Shown here piece by piece: positions 18,758 to 27,765 of a stretch of DNA of 64,000 nt. Source of the DNA: Treponema sp. (GTDB lineage Bacteria > Spirochaetota > Spirochaetia > Treponematales > Treponemataceae); contig JBGVAV010000023.1 in the NCBI GenBank assembly GCA_045224915.1, positions 16,431 through 80,430 on the forward strand, in the 5' to 3' direction. The notes under the pieces are model-generated. The model had not been told where the DNA came from. It made no database searches and saw nothing but the letters and a program-made list of their open reading frames with translations. Made by a program: the position numbers and the translations under genes. Positions within the stretch are counted from its first letter, which is position 1, and each line of letters starts with the position of its first letter.

Positions 18758-19868
18758 GAAGAACTTTACTTGCTTTTTCGTGTGTTTTTTCTGAAGGGTG
18801 CCAGTCGGCACAAATTGTATCGCTCATTTGCTGAGGCTTTAGTCTTAAGGCAGAAACCTTTGTATCTCCTGTTTCAGAAGAATATTTTGAAACTGCCTGA
18901 GCCATACTGATATACAAATCATCTCCCATCATTCCCAAACAACAAATAATTTGAGCCTTAGGATTTTTCTGTCTGATTTGTTTAAGGAAGGCCACATAAG
19001 AATCAACATATTCCTGAAGTCTATCTGCATTTTTCTTTGTATAAGTTGAGTCATTCGTACCAAGATTAATAACAACATAATCAGGCTGATATGAATCAAA
19101 GTTCCAGCTTACATTCCCAGGATTAATTCCAAAAATTGTATTTCCCCAGGTAAAACCAAGTTTATCATAAATTCTTGGAATTACAGAATTTGGATTTTTC
19201 TTACCGTCTCCAGTATAACCTGAAACAAGTCCCCAGCCGCTTACGCTTACAAAAGACCAGTCTGCATTAAGAGCCTGTGCGGTTTTAAATGCATAAGTTT
19301 TTGTGGCATCTTCTGTTGAAGTTTTAAAATGATGTTCTTTTACAGGATCATCAACTCCATAACCACAAGTAATAGAATCGCCTATAAATTCCATTTTAAG
19401 CGCTCTTTCTTTAGCCGGGCTTACAATTCCATTTTCATCAACAGTAAGACTTGTAATTGCTGCAAGAGAATTTGCACTTTCTGAAACTTTAAGAATCTGA
19501 ACAAGTCCTTCTACATTTTTATCTTCATCAAAAATTGTAAAAGTTTCAGATTTCTTACTTATCATTTTATCAAGAAATCTCTGGCCATTTACAAAGGCAA
19601 CAATTCTGGCAGAAGAATTGTTGCCTGAGCCTGAGACTCCACTGTCTCCCGCAATGGTTACTCCCAGATATTTTGCATTTACATTAAATTCAATTCCGCT
19701 TGCAGAAAAAGCAAGAATTAATCCTTTTGAATGTTCATAGGTTCTTCCAAGCTTTTTAACATGCTCAGAATCGGGAGCTAAGGTCTTATTTTCTGCCCAG
19801 ATTCCGGCAAGAGAAGTCAAAATTACAAATAAGAAAATTAAAAATGATTTTTTCCCAGATCTTTTCAT
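18741..19868 (-). CDS. CE2-family SGNH/GDSL acetylxylan esterase, secreted
   Basis: Signal peptide; N-terminal beta domain; FIGDSITCGYG, INLGTND, DWHP. Confidence 0.85.
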   Translation of the reverse strand: MKRSGKKSFLIFLFVILTSLAGIWAENKTLAPDSEHVKKLGRTYEHSKGLILAFSASGIEFNVNAKYLGVTIAGDSGVSGSGNNSSARIVAFVNGQRFLDKMISKKSETFTIFDEDKNVEGLVQILKVSESANSLAAITSLTVDENGIVSPAKERALKMEFIGDSITCGYGVDDPVKEHHFKTSTEDATKTYAFKTAQALNADWSFVSVSGWGLVSGYTGDGKKNPNSVIPRIYDKLGFTWGNTIFGINPGNVSWNFDSYQPDYVVINLGTNDSTYTKKNADRLQEYVDSYVAFLKQIRQKNPKAQIICCLGMMGDDLYISMAQAVSKYSSETGDTKVSALRLKPQQMSDTICADWHPSEKTHEKASKVLLDILR

Positions 19869-19964
19869 AGTAATTTTATTTTACTACAAGCATCAGACAC
19901 GTCAAGATTTGCCGGCAATTTCAAAAAAAATTAAAACGATTTAATGCAATTTTTTTTTTCTTGT

Positions 19965-19993
19965 TTGCCCTGATTTTGTATATCATGTATAAT
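19965..19993 (+). promoter_or_regulatory. sigma70 promoter TTGCCC-17-TATAAT, 7 nt before ATG 20001 (leaderless-type)
   Basis: Read directly; no SD. Confidence 0.65.
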
Positions 19994-20000
19994 ATTTTTT

Positions 20001-20813
20001 ATGAACCGGGAGCTTGTTCTTAGGGGGCTTTCTGCCTATTACGGAAAAAAAATTGTTCTCAAAAATGTCTCTGTTTCTATTAAACAGGGAGAACTGACCT
20101 GCCTGTGCGGACCAAACGGCTGTGGAAAATCTACTCTTCTTTCTATTCTTGCAGGGGTTCCAGATCAAAGTCTCAAGGTATTACAGGGAACAGTTTCTCA
20201 AAGAAGTTCCTTACAGACTCTTAATAATCCCAATGTAATTGATGCCCTGTGTCTGCATAAACTTCCACGAAAAACTGCAGCTAAAACAGTTGCCTTTATG
20301 CAGCAAAACGAATATTCCACCTGGGATTTTACAGTTCGTGAGCTTGTGCTTCAGGGACGCTTCTGCCACACAAAAAACGGCTTTTATACACAAGAGGATG
20401 AACAGCTTGCAGACGATGCTCTTCGCGAACTCCAGATTGATTCTCTTGCACAAAGGCCTGTCCATTCACTTTCGGGCGGAGAGTTTCAGAAGGCACGCAT
20501 AGCACGGGCAATATGCCAGGAAGCCGATTTTATTTTACTTGACGAACCGGCTGCTAATCTTGATTTTGTTTATGAGCCATGGCTTTTGAAAAAGCTTCAC
20601 ACCCTTGCGCACGAAAAAGGAATTGGAATTCTTTTATCTGTACACGACATAAATCTTGCTGCTTCTTATGCAGATACCCTCATACTTTTGCCATTGTTGG
20701 CTACTCCTATTTGTGGTACAATAAGTGATATCTTAAATAAAGATAACTTAAAACTTACATACGGTATGGAGTTTGAATGTCAAAAAGTAAACTATTTTCA
20801 ATCATTACTATAG
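20001..20813 (+). CDS. Iron-complex/cobalamin ABC transporter ATP-binding protein (FepC/BtuD-like)
   Basis: GPNGCGKST, LSGGEFQK, LLDEP, VHDINLA. Confidence 0.9.
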   Translation: MNRELVLRGLSAYYGKKIVLKNVSVSIKQGELTCLCGPNGCGKSTLLSILAGVPDQSLKVLQGTVSQRSSLQTLNNPNVIDALCLHKLPRKTAAKTVAFMQQNEYSTWDFTVRELVLQGRFCHTKNGFYTQEDEQLADDALRELQIDSLAQRPVHSLSGGEFQKARIARAICQEADFILLDEPAANLDFVYEPWLLKKLHTLAHEKGIGILLSVHDINLAASYADTLILLPLLATPICGTISDILNKDNLKLTYGMEFECQKVNYFQSLL

Positions 20814-21643
20814 CCTGCTTTGTTTCAATTCTGTGCATCCCGCTTGGAATTGTTCTCATGCTTTACTACACCCAATGGAAGAAAAAAACTAAGATTATTC
20901 TTACACTTTCGTTTACAGCATTTTATGCAGCGTTGCTCGCATTTATTTTTTTTGTAAAGCCTGCAATTAACACTGGAGGCATTTCTCTTCCGTTTGGTTC
21001 AAACAGCGGATATACAGCCTTTGATTCTGGAAGCGGTGCAAAGGGCTCTGGTTCTTCAAAGTCATCAGGCGGAAAGAAAAAGAATTCAAATAATCAAAAT
21101 CAGCCTTTAAGTGATCGTGTTCCAAAGAGTGTTCAGCAGTCACAGGGCAAGGGTTCCCCTAAATTCATTTACCCTATTTTATTTTTTGGCTTTATGCTCT
21201 TTCTTATAATAATGCAGAACCTTCGTTCAAAGGGAAAATCAAAATACGAAAATCCTTATGTTGACACAAACAAATACAAGCTGCCTTTAACGCCAGATTC
21301 AAAAATGCCTATGGTTCACTTTCTTCGTCTTGATTTAAATGAAGGAGAAAAAATCAATTTTGCAACAGAAACAATTCAAAAAGGAAACGAAGGCAACTTT
21401 GTAATTACAAATCAGCGAGTGGCAATTCTAACGCTTTCTGAAGGAATAGAAATTCCAATTGATGCAATTTTCTCTGTTTCAGAAACTACTTCTACAGTAA
21501 TGACAATTGGAGCAAAGTTTGAAGAAATTGAGAAAAAGTATTACGTCTTCATGCCTGAAAATCAAATGAAATATGCAATAGCAGTTTTAAAATGGACTGC
21601 TAAAAATATAACAAACAATCAAACAACAGGAGCTGAAAAATGA
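20777..21643 (+). CDS. Hypothetical membrane protein (3 TM, Gly/Ser-rich loop, possible C-terminal PH-like domain)
   Basis: TM segments; G.FVITNQRV...IEIPIDAI.SV pattern resembles bacterial PH domains. Confidence 0.6.
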   Translation: MSKSKLFSIITIACFVSILCIPLGIVLMLYYTQWKKKTKIILTLSFTAFYAALLAFIFFVKPAINTGGISLPFGSNSGYTAFDSGSGAKGSGSSKSSGGKKKNSNNQNQPLSDRVPKSVQQSQGKGSPKFIYPILFFGFMLFLIIMQNLRSKGKSKYENPYVDTNKYKLPLTPDSKMPMVHFLRLDLNEGEKINFATETIQKGNEGNFVITNQRVAILTLSEGIEIPIDAIFSVSETTSTVMTIGAKFEEIEKKYYVFMPENQMKYAIAVLKWTAKNITNNQTTGAEK

Positions 21644-24600
21644 AAAAGTTTGGAATAACAAAACCCGGAGCCACAGTACTTTCTGTGTTAATGATTGCAG
21701 CAGCACTTCTTACAATCTCCTGCAAAAAGAAAGAAGCAGTTTCTCAGGGAAATGGCGAAGCTACCTTTAATATCAAACGCAAAGCAAAATCAAAAGGCGC
21801 AGAAGCAATCCGGGTTTCTGCAAACGAAGGACGTGCAACCTTTGATTCAATGGCTTCATTCTTCAACCTTGATTTTTCTGCAGAAGAGCCTGAGAATTTT
21901 CAGATTCAGAACGACACCTCAAGCGCAAAAAATAAGAAATCAAAAAAAGACAAGGAATCAACTTCTGTAATTCCAAAAATCAGAAAGCTTGATGAATACA
22001 AAACAAAGTATTCTTCTGAACGCAAAAAGTTTAATCTTTACAGCGCCGAAAAAAAACAGACAGAAGATGAAGATCTTTCGGGTCTTGAATTAAGAGTAGA
22101 AGACTGGGGCCCAAAAAAAAGCGTTGTATCAGAAGCAAGATTTCCACAGTTCTATGTAATATTTACTCAGCCAGTGCGCGCCCTTACCGCTTTAGACGCT
22201 CCTTCAAGCACATCAGATGTTGTTACAATCACACCAAAGCTTAAAGGAACTTTCCACTGGTACGGCACACAGCACATCAGCTTTGAAGCAGAAGAAGCAG
22301 CCGATCCTTCTGTTACCTACACCATCAAGGTTGACCCTCAGCTAAAATCAATTTACGGAAATTCTATACGCGGCGAAACAACTTTTAAGACAGACGCAGA
22401 ACCTGTACAAATCAAACAAATCTGGGGCGGCTACATAAAAGAAAACATGTGCGCCTACGATAACACAACAGGTGCTCTTCCAGCGTACGAAAACCGCGTG
22501 TTTGTTAGAACTAACTATCTATTAAAAGCAGAATCGCTTGCAAACAAGCTTGTAATTAAAGCAGGCAACAATCTTTACACATCATCTTCAATTTCGGTTG
22601 AACCTGATTTTTCAAATAAATCCTTCAGCTGGTGGAATAACGAACCTGAATGCAATAAAGAAGCAGGAACAACAAATTCCTTTATTGTAACAATCAACGG
22701 ATACATTCCTCACAACAGCGTTATTTCTATCCGCACAACAGATGATTCAAAAACTTCCACATTCAAAACACTTCAGCCGTTTGACCGTGTAAAAGTAAGT
22801 GATTATACAGATTACACAGACGGAAACATGGGAAATCCTCTTAAGGTTATTTTCACTCAAATTCCAGATGAAGCTTCTGTAATTGAGAACATCACTGTGC
22901 ACGACACAAACGGTAATATTTATAAGCTTACAAAAGATAATATTGTAATAAATGGACGTTACCTTACAATTCACAGCCTTCCGCTTGAGCTCAACTCAAC
23001 ATATTATCTTTACATACAGAATGGCTTTAGAGATATTTATGGTCAGATGTACAACGACGGAAACGGAACTCTTTATTACACTTTCAAAACCCGTCCTGTA
23101 AAAGCATACGTTAATTATCTTGATTACGGTGCCCGCATGCTCGAGGCCCAGTTCCCGCACAAATTGATTTATGAACATCAGAATGTTTTGGACAGCTCTT
23201 ACTATATGATTCGCGGTGTTCAAAATCCTCTTTATACAAGCGATAAAAATATCTCTCGTGAAAATCCTATTTACATAAATGATGCAGAAAAGAACAGACG
23301 CCACTTTGAAGAAATTGAACTTGATCCTTATCTTAAAAACGGCTATGGCTTTGTTCGATTTGATGCACATACAGAATACAAAGACATTGATTATTGGGAT
23401 GGCGAAGAATATACAAAAGACGACGACAACATTCTCACAATTCAAGTAACTGACCTTGGAATTACAACTCGTATGGGAATTAACCGTGCTGTTGTTATGG
23501 TTCGAAGTCTTTCTACAAACAAGCCCGTTGCCGATGCAGATGTTTATGTTTTGAATGAATGCAGCAGGCTTACTGATGATCCTTTGAACCACATTCTTGC
23601 TCAGGGAAAAACAGACAAGAATGGTCTTGCAATAATTAATTATACAGAAGAACAGATTGCTGCTTATGAACGAAATCACGATTACGATTACAGCTATCAG
23701 GATAATCTTATTGTATATGTTGCAAAGGGCGATGACAAAGCGGTATTCTCTCCAACTTCTCATAACACCTGGAGAGACGGAGTTCCAACCGCTTCAAGAC
23801 ACGATGCACGTAAAGCAATTCAAAGAACCTTTATGTTTGTCGACCGCGGAGTTTACAGACCTGGAGAAACTGTTACTTACCGTGGAATTGACCGAGATCA
23901 GATTCTTGGCGCTCTTAATGTTCACTCAGGAAGCTACACTATTAATGTAGAAGAAGGCTGGTGGAACGGAGAAAAAATCACTCCAGAAATTTCCGGCACA
24001 CTTTCTTCTTCAGGCGGATTCTACGGTTCATTTAAAATTCCTGATGACCAGAAGCCGGGATATTATACAATTAAATATCACCGCGATGATGCAGACCAGT
24101 ATTCTGTTGAAAGAATTAATTTCCAGATTGCAGAGTTTGAACGCGTAAAAACTACCGCTTCTATTTCTGTACCGGAAATTACATATTACAGCGGAGACAC
24201 TCTTACAGCAGAGCTTTCTGCAGAATATCTTGCAGGCGGTGCTTTGAGTGGAGCCGAATACAATACTGTATGGAATAAGCAGGCGCAAAACATCAGCTTT
24301 GAAACTCCGGAAACAAAAGGATTTTCTTTTGGTCCTGATCTTTATTCTTACAGAATGTATTATTCAGATTCAAAAGGAAAACTCAGTGCAGAAGGAAAGG
24401 CATCTCTTTCATGTACTTCAGAAAAGATTACAGACGGAAGCACTTATTCTTACAGAGTTGAATCAAGCGTAACAGATGTTTCAAATCAGCGCATTTCTAC
24501 TGCTGCAAACATCACAGTTCACCCTGCGAAATTCTACGTTGGTGTAAAACGTTCTGCAGGATCTTCCGGGTTTGCTAAGACTAACACAAAAATTGATTTC

Positions 24601-27600
24601 CCATATATTCTTACAGATGTAAAAGGAAACTCTCTGGTTAATCCTATTCAGAAGGTTTCTTCTCTTTCTTACAAGCTCATGCGTGAAGAATGGACAGTTA
24701 TCCACGAGCAGAGTGTTGATAATACTTTGTACTCGCGTTACGAGCGACAGGATATTGAAGAAGCAAGCGGAACAATAAATATCGGTGCTTCTGCAACAGG
24801 AACACTTTCGCTTACTCCAACTAATTCCGGCTGGTACACACTCACAGTTACAGGTAAAGATAAAGAAGATGGAACTGTTATAACCCAATATGGATTTTAT
24901 GTAACTGGCGGTGACTTCTACCGCTACAATGATTACAATTCCGAAGCAATTAATCTTACTCCGGAGCAGTCGCAGTATAATCCTGGAGACAAGGCACAGA
25001 TTCTTATGGAAAGCCCTCTTCCAGAAGGTGATTACCTGATTACAATTGAACGGGAAGGTATTTTCTCTGAAGAAATCAGACACTTTGATTCACCTTCAAA
25101 TGTAATTGAAGTTCCAGTTTCTTCTAAGTTCGTTCCTGTATTCTATGTTGCAGTTTCTTCTTACTCTGTTCGTCAGGGACAGCCAACACATCAATACGGT
25201 GAGCCAGACTTAGACAAGCCTAAAGGATATTTTGGTGTAACTCCTGTATTTGTAAATCCTTATGTAAGGGCTTTCTCTGTTACAGTTGAAACAGACAAGC
25301 CTTCTTACAAACCAGGCGAAATGGCTACTCTTACATTGACTGCTACAAAAGGTGGAAAACCTTTGAGCAATGCAGAGCTTACAGTAATGGCTGTAGACCG
25401 TGGTGTTCTTGATTTAATCAATTACCATGTTCCAAATCCAATTGATTATTTCTATTCAACAAGCAACTTCCCTCTTAGAGTTCGAGGTGGTGATTCACGC
25501 GCACTGCTCATGGATCCTGTTACATACAGCATAAAGGATTTGCAGGGTGGCGACTCTGATGAAGAAAAGGATGAAGATGAAAGAAAGGATTTCAGACCTA
25601 CAGCAGTATTTGAACCAGAAGTTGTTACAGACAAAAATGGTAAAGCAACTGTTACCTTTAAGGTTCCAGACAGCCTTACAACTTACAGAATCACTGCTTT
25701 TGGTGTAAAGGATGATTTGTTCTCTCTTAAAGAAGATGAATTTGTTGTCCAGAATCCAATTAACGTTCAGCAGGTACAGCCAAGAAAGCTCCGCGAGCGC
25801 GATACTGCAGAATGTGGTGTTCTTGTTACAAACCTTGATGCAAAGGGTCATGAAATAACAATTTCTCTTGAAACAAGAACTCCTACAAAAAATACTGCAC
25901 AGGATGAACGCGAAGGAAGAATTACAATTCCAGGACAAGCTTCTATAGATGGGCCAGCTACTAATAAGATTTATGTAGCACCAGGAGATTCTTCTGTTGT
26001 TTACTTTAATATTGCTGCCGAAAAAACGGGAACTGTAGAACTTGTTTATACAGTAAACTCTGATATATTTAATGAAAAACTCAACTCTCCAATTAAGATT
26101 GAAAAAACTTATACATACGAAACTGTTGCAACGTTAGGCACAATTAACAACGAAAGCACAACAGGAAAATCAGTAGAGCAGCTTGTAATTCCAGGCTTTG
26201 CTAAAGATGCACGCGGAGACCTTTCATTTACAATTGATGCAACTCGTCTTGGCATGCTTGGAAGCTCTGTAAATTATCTGTTTGCATATCCTTATGGATG
26301 TCTGGAGCAGCAGTCAAGCAAGATTCTTCCTCTCATTGCATTTGGAGAATATATTGATGTATTTGGTTTGAACTCTGAGATTTCAAATGTTGAAACGTTA
26401 GTTAAATCTTACCTGAAAACCTGGGGAATGTATCAGCTTAATGAAGGAGGCTTCCCTTACTGGCCAAATGGAGATTATCCTTCATTGTATGTAAGTTTAA
26501 GAATGGCATATATTTATGCACTGGCTCTTGAGCGCGGTTATAAACCTGATGATTTTGGTTACAACATTGATAATCTGTTGAACTATATCCGCAGAGAACT
26601 TGCACAGAAGACTGACATTCATTACGACTACGAAAGAGCTTATGCCTGCTACATCCATGCTCTGTTAGGCAAACCAAACATGAATGTTATTCAGCAGAAT
26701 CTTTATGCAAAACGAAAGGACCTTAGTCTTTCAACAAATGCGCTTATTGCGTTTGCATATCTTGCAGGCAGTAACGGAGATTCCACAGAAGCCAAAACTA
26801 TTGCACAGGAAATCCGCGACTACCTGCAGATTGACGGACGCACAGTTTCTGTTATTCGTAAATCAAGAAGCAATATGTGGGAATGGTACAACTCTGATTC
26901 TGAACAGATGGCTTTGATTCTTGAACTTCTTTGCAAGCTTAATCCAAATGACCAGATGATTGATAAACTCATTTACACACTCATGCAGAATCAAAGTCAT
27001 GGTTACTGGCAGAATACTGCAACTACTTCACGAGTTCTTGAAGCAATTTATACATACATCAAAGGCCGCAAGTTAGATGATACTAACTACAAGGGAACTG
27101 TATCTCTTAACGGTAAAGAGCTCTTAGGAGAAAACTTCAAGGGTGCAAATGCAAAGCCTAAAAAGCTTGAACTCACTTTTGAAGGAGATATTCTTAGCAG
27201 CCTTACACCAGATACACCTGCAGATGTTACCTTCAAAAAAGACGGAACTGGTAATCTGTATTACACAATGCAGATGCGCTATGCAATGCCAGATGAATAT
27301 CTTACTGCCCGAGATGAAGGTGTAAAGGTTACTTATACAATTATTGATTCCGAGACTGATGAGGTTGTGAATAAATCTAACAGCGCAGATTGTCTTTTGA
27401 ATCTTACAAGCGGAAAAATTTATAAAGCTTCTATAACTGTAGAAACTCATAAGAAGCGTGAATATCTTGCTTTGAGAGCCCCAATTCCTTCGGGAGCAGA
27501 GATTCTTGATTCTTCACTTGTAACAACAGGAACAGTAGAAGAAAAGAACGATTTTTCATGGGGACACTGGCTCAGCAATAAAACAATCCGCGATAACGAA

Positions 27601-27765
27601 GTACAGTTCTTCTGGGATTCCTTTGGTTCTGGAACTGCGACTGTAAACTTTACATTTAGAGCTGCACGAAGAGGTATTTATCCTGTTCCACCAGTTCAAG
27701 CTGAATGTATGTATGAACCAGAAACATTCGGTCGTGGTGACGGCTACTTATGCATCATAGAATAA
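21640..27765 (+). CDS. Bacterial alpha-2-macroglobulin (lipoprotein, thioester type)
   Basis: Lipobox TISC; DRGVYRPGETV MG domain; AVDRGVLDL; PDSLTTYRITA; thioester YPYGCLEQ; C-terminal AECMYEPE. Confidence 0.95.
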   Translation: MKKFGITKPGATVLSVLMIAAALLTISCKKKEAVSQGNGEATFNIKRKAKSKGAEAIRVSANEGRATFDSMASFFNLDFSAEEPENFQIQNDTSSAKNKKSKKDKESTSVIPKIRKLDEYKTKYSSERKKFNLYSAEKKQTEDEDLSGLELRVEDWGPKKSVVSEARFPQFYVIFTQPVRALTALDAPSSTSDVVTITPKLKGTFHWYGTQHISFEAEEAADPSVTYTIKVDPQLKSIYGNSIRGETTFKTDAEPVQIKQIWGGYIKENMCAYDNTTGALPAYENRVFVRTNYLLKAESLANKLVIKAGNNLYTSSSISVEPDFSNKSFSWWNNEPECNKEAGTTNSFIVTINGYIPHNSVISIRTTDDSKTSTFKTLQPFDRVKVSDYTDYTDGNMGNPLKVIFTQIPDEASVIENITVHDTNGNIYKLTKDNIVINGRYLTIHSLPLELNSTYYLYIQNGFRDIYGQMYNDGNGTLYYTFKTRPVKAYVNYLDYGARMLEAQFPHKLIYEHQNVLDSSYYMIRGVQNPLYTSDKNISRENPIYINDAEKNRRHFEEIELDPYLKNGYGFVRFDAHTEYKDIDYWDGEEYTKDDDNILTIQVTDLGITTRMGINRAVVMVRSLSTNKPVADADVYVLNECSRLTDDPLNHILAQGKTDKNGLAIINYTEEQIAAYERNHDYDYSYQDNLIVYVAKGDDKAVFSPTSHNTWRDGVPTASRHDARKAIQRTFMFVDRGVYRPGETVTYRGIDRDQILGALNVHSGSYTINVEEGWWNGEKITPEISGTLSSSGGFYGSFKIPDDQKPGYYTIKYHRDDADQYSVERINFQIAEFERVKTTASISVPEITYYSGDTLTAELSAEYLAGGALSGAEYNTVWNKQAQNISFETPETKGFSFGPDLYSYRMYYSDSKGKLSAEGKASLSCTSEKITDGSTYSYRVESSVTDVSNQRISTAANITVHPAKFYVGVKRSAGSSGFAKTNTKIDFPYILTDVKGNSLVNPIQKVSSLSYKLMREEWTVIHEQSVDNTLYSRYERQDIEEASGTINIGASATGTLSLTPTNSGWYTLTVTGKDKEDGTVITQYGFYVTGGDFYRYNDYNSEAINLTPEQSQYNPGDKAQILMESPLPEGDYLITIEREGIFSEEIRHFDSPSNVIEVPVSSKFVPVFYVAVSSYSVRQGQPTHQYGEPDLDKPKGYFGVTPVFVNPYVRAFSVTVETDKPSYKPGEMATLTLTATKGGKPLSNAELTVMAVDRGVLDLINYHVPNPIDYFYSTSNFPLRVRGGDSRALLMDPVTYSIKDLQGGDSDEEKDEDERKDFRPTAVFEPEVVTDKNGKATVTFKVPDSLTTYRITAFGVKDDLFSLKEDEFVVQNPINVQQVQPRKLRERDTAECGVLVTNLDAKGHEITISLETRTPTKNTAQDEREGRITIPGQASIDGPATNKIYVAPGDSSVVYFNIAAEKTGTVELVYTVNSDIFNEKLNSPIKIEKTYTYETVATLGTINNESTTGKSVEQLVIPGFAKDARGDLSFTIDATRLGMLGSSVNYLFAYPYGCLEQQSSKILPLIAFGEYIDVFGLNSEISNVETLVKSYLKTWGMYQLNEGGFPYWPNGDYPSLYVSLRMAYIYALALERGYKPDDFGYNIDNLLNYIRRELAQKTDIHYDYERAYACYIHALLGKPNMNVIQQNLYAKRKDLSLSTNALIAFAYLAGSNGDSTEAKTIAQEIRDYLQIDGRTVSVIRKSRSNMWEWYNSDSEQMALILELLCKLNPNDQMIDKLIYTLMQNQSHGYWQNTATTSRVLEAIYTYIKGRKLDDTNYKGTVSLNGKELLGENFKGANAKPKKLELTFEGDILSSLTPDTPADVTFKKDGTGNLYYTMQMRYAMPDEYLTARDEGVKVTYTIIDSETDEVVNKSNSADCLLNLTSGKIYKASITVETHKKREYLALRAPIPSGAEILDSSLVTTGTVEEKNDFSWGHWLSNKTIRDNEVQFFWDSFGSGTATVNFTFRAARRGIYPVPPVQAECMYEPETFGRGDGYLCIIE

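Noticed and set aside
19950-19959. T10 tract (also T-tracts near 3542 and 40310 and (GT)5 near 40070) as phase-variation sites
   Set aside because: They lie outside promoter spacers and ORFs and are expected in AT-rich intergenic DNA
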